Source: Chiloscyllium plagiosum
Lineage: Eukaryota
NCBI RefSeq assembly: GCF_004010195.1
Contig: NC_057723.1
Location: 39,902,119-39,966,118, forward strand
Direction of reading: 5' to 3'
Length of the DNA: 64,000 bases
A program made the translations under genes and the position numbers. Positions 63,013-64,000 of this stretch are shown piece after piece (the first letter of the stretch is position 1; each line of letters starts with the position of its first letter). The notes beneath the pieces were generated by a model. The model made no database searches, was not told where the DNA came from, and saw nothing but the letters and a program-made list of their open reading frames with translations.

Positions 63013-64000
63013 TCAGCCAATTTGTGCCTCATGCCTTTATAATTTAATTTCTCCAATTTTAACACTTTCTTCAGCATGAATCACCCCACTTTCAAACATG
63101 ATGATTTAAAATATATGACAATGTACTCCCTCATCCCTAAAGATTATTTTACAACATAGTTAATTATTGTTTTTCATTACAAAATATATTTAGGATCGAA
63201 TCTCTTCGACTTGGCTGTTCAGTATACCTAACATATTCTAGATACTCAGCTTGCACTGCTTTAGTGCTCATTTGGTTTACCCAGTTCTTATGCAGATTGA
63301 AGTCATTCAGGTATTGCTTATGCTTATCTCATGTTGTGATTAATCCCATGTCCCACATTATCACTACTATTTGGTAGCCTGTAAATAACTCCAGCCAGTG
63401 TCCTGCCCCTTGCTGTTTTAATTCCTGGTCACCACACAGTCATGTTCTTGCATTGTTAACTAGACCACGTCCATGTATCTCTAATTGTGCCTTTAGATTG
63501 CCTACTTTGTTGCTGTATGCATTCATGGAGAGTGTCTCTAACTTAGTCTTTTAGACATCATTCTGTTTTCAAAGCCTGTTTGATACTCAGTTTTGTTTCT
63601 TCTGCCTCTCGACACCCTAACATCTTTAGATGTTATTAACTTTACTGTCTTCCTATTTGGCTACTCCTCAGGTGCCCATCCCCTGACAAACTAGTTTAAA
63701 CCAATTGCTGTCTAACTCACACGGATCCCACCTGCCCCAGAACCAGTCCCAAAGCCTCAGAAATCTGATGTCCTCCTTCCATCACAAATTCTTCAGCTAC
63801 ATATTCAACCAATTAATCCTCCAATTCTTTAACTCACTAGCTCATGGCCCTGGGTGGGGGGAGGGTAAACCTGAGATTACTACCCTCTTCTAAACTATAT
63901 CATAAGTGGACTCTACCTTCTGGCTGTTCCTCTTCCTGAAGAAGTATGTCTTGCAGCCATTTCACGACAACCTGGGCCCTGGCACCCAGAAGGCAACACA

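Larger units (their letters stand above)
61380..64000 (-). mobile_element. Degraded CR1 LINE (3' UTR ~61380, RT ~62300-62650, ORF1 esterase ~63670-64000), continues past the window
   Basis: GGVPQESVLGTQLFTIYINDLELG...RFANDAK; antisense of CCL.GAR, RVVISGL and WDWFWGRW esterase motifs near the end. Confidence 0.75.

Noticed and set aside
1-64000. CRISPR arrays, operons or prokaryotic defence systems
   Set aside because: The DNA is vertebrate and repeat-rich; there is no regularly spaced direct-repeat/spacer array and no gene-dense region.

Overview
AT-rich, repeat-dense vertebrate genomic DNA, almost certainly from an elasmobranch (shark), judged from many HE1-type tRNA-SINEs with CR1/HER1-like (AATCT)n tails. 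I found no convincing host protein-coding gene; the window looks intergenic or intronic, and most ORFs in the track are transposon debris or chance. Content: several CR1-clade LINEs (SGNH-esterase ORF1, APE endonuclease plus RT ORF2), Rex1/Babar and L2 fragments, and at least three SINE families. Also present are solo-LTR-like elements, PIF/Harbinger Myb/SANT remnants, and an LTR-less Gmr1-like gypsy element with PR-INT-RT-RH order nested in a CR1. About 14 Penelope-like element (PLE) pieces from roughly four families occur, about ten of them carrying minimal type I hammerhead ribozyme motifs. The most striking signal is a set of ~200-bp near-perfect hairpin insertions centred on the hammerhead core and flanked by 15-bp target-site duplications (TSDs). 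All family assignments come from motif recognition by eye, with no database search; boundaries are approximate unless fixed by TSDs.
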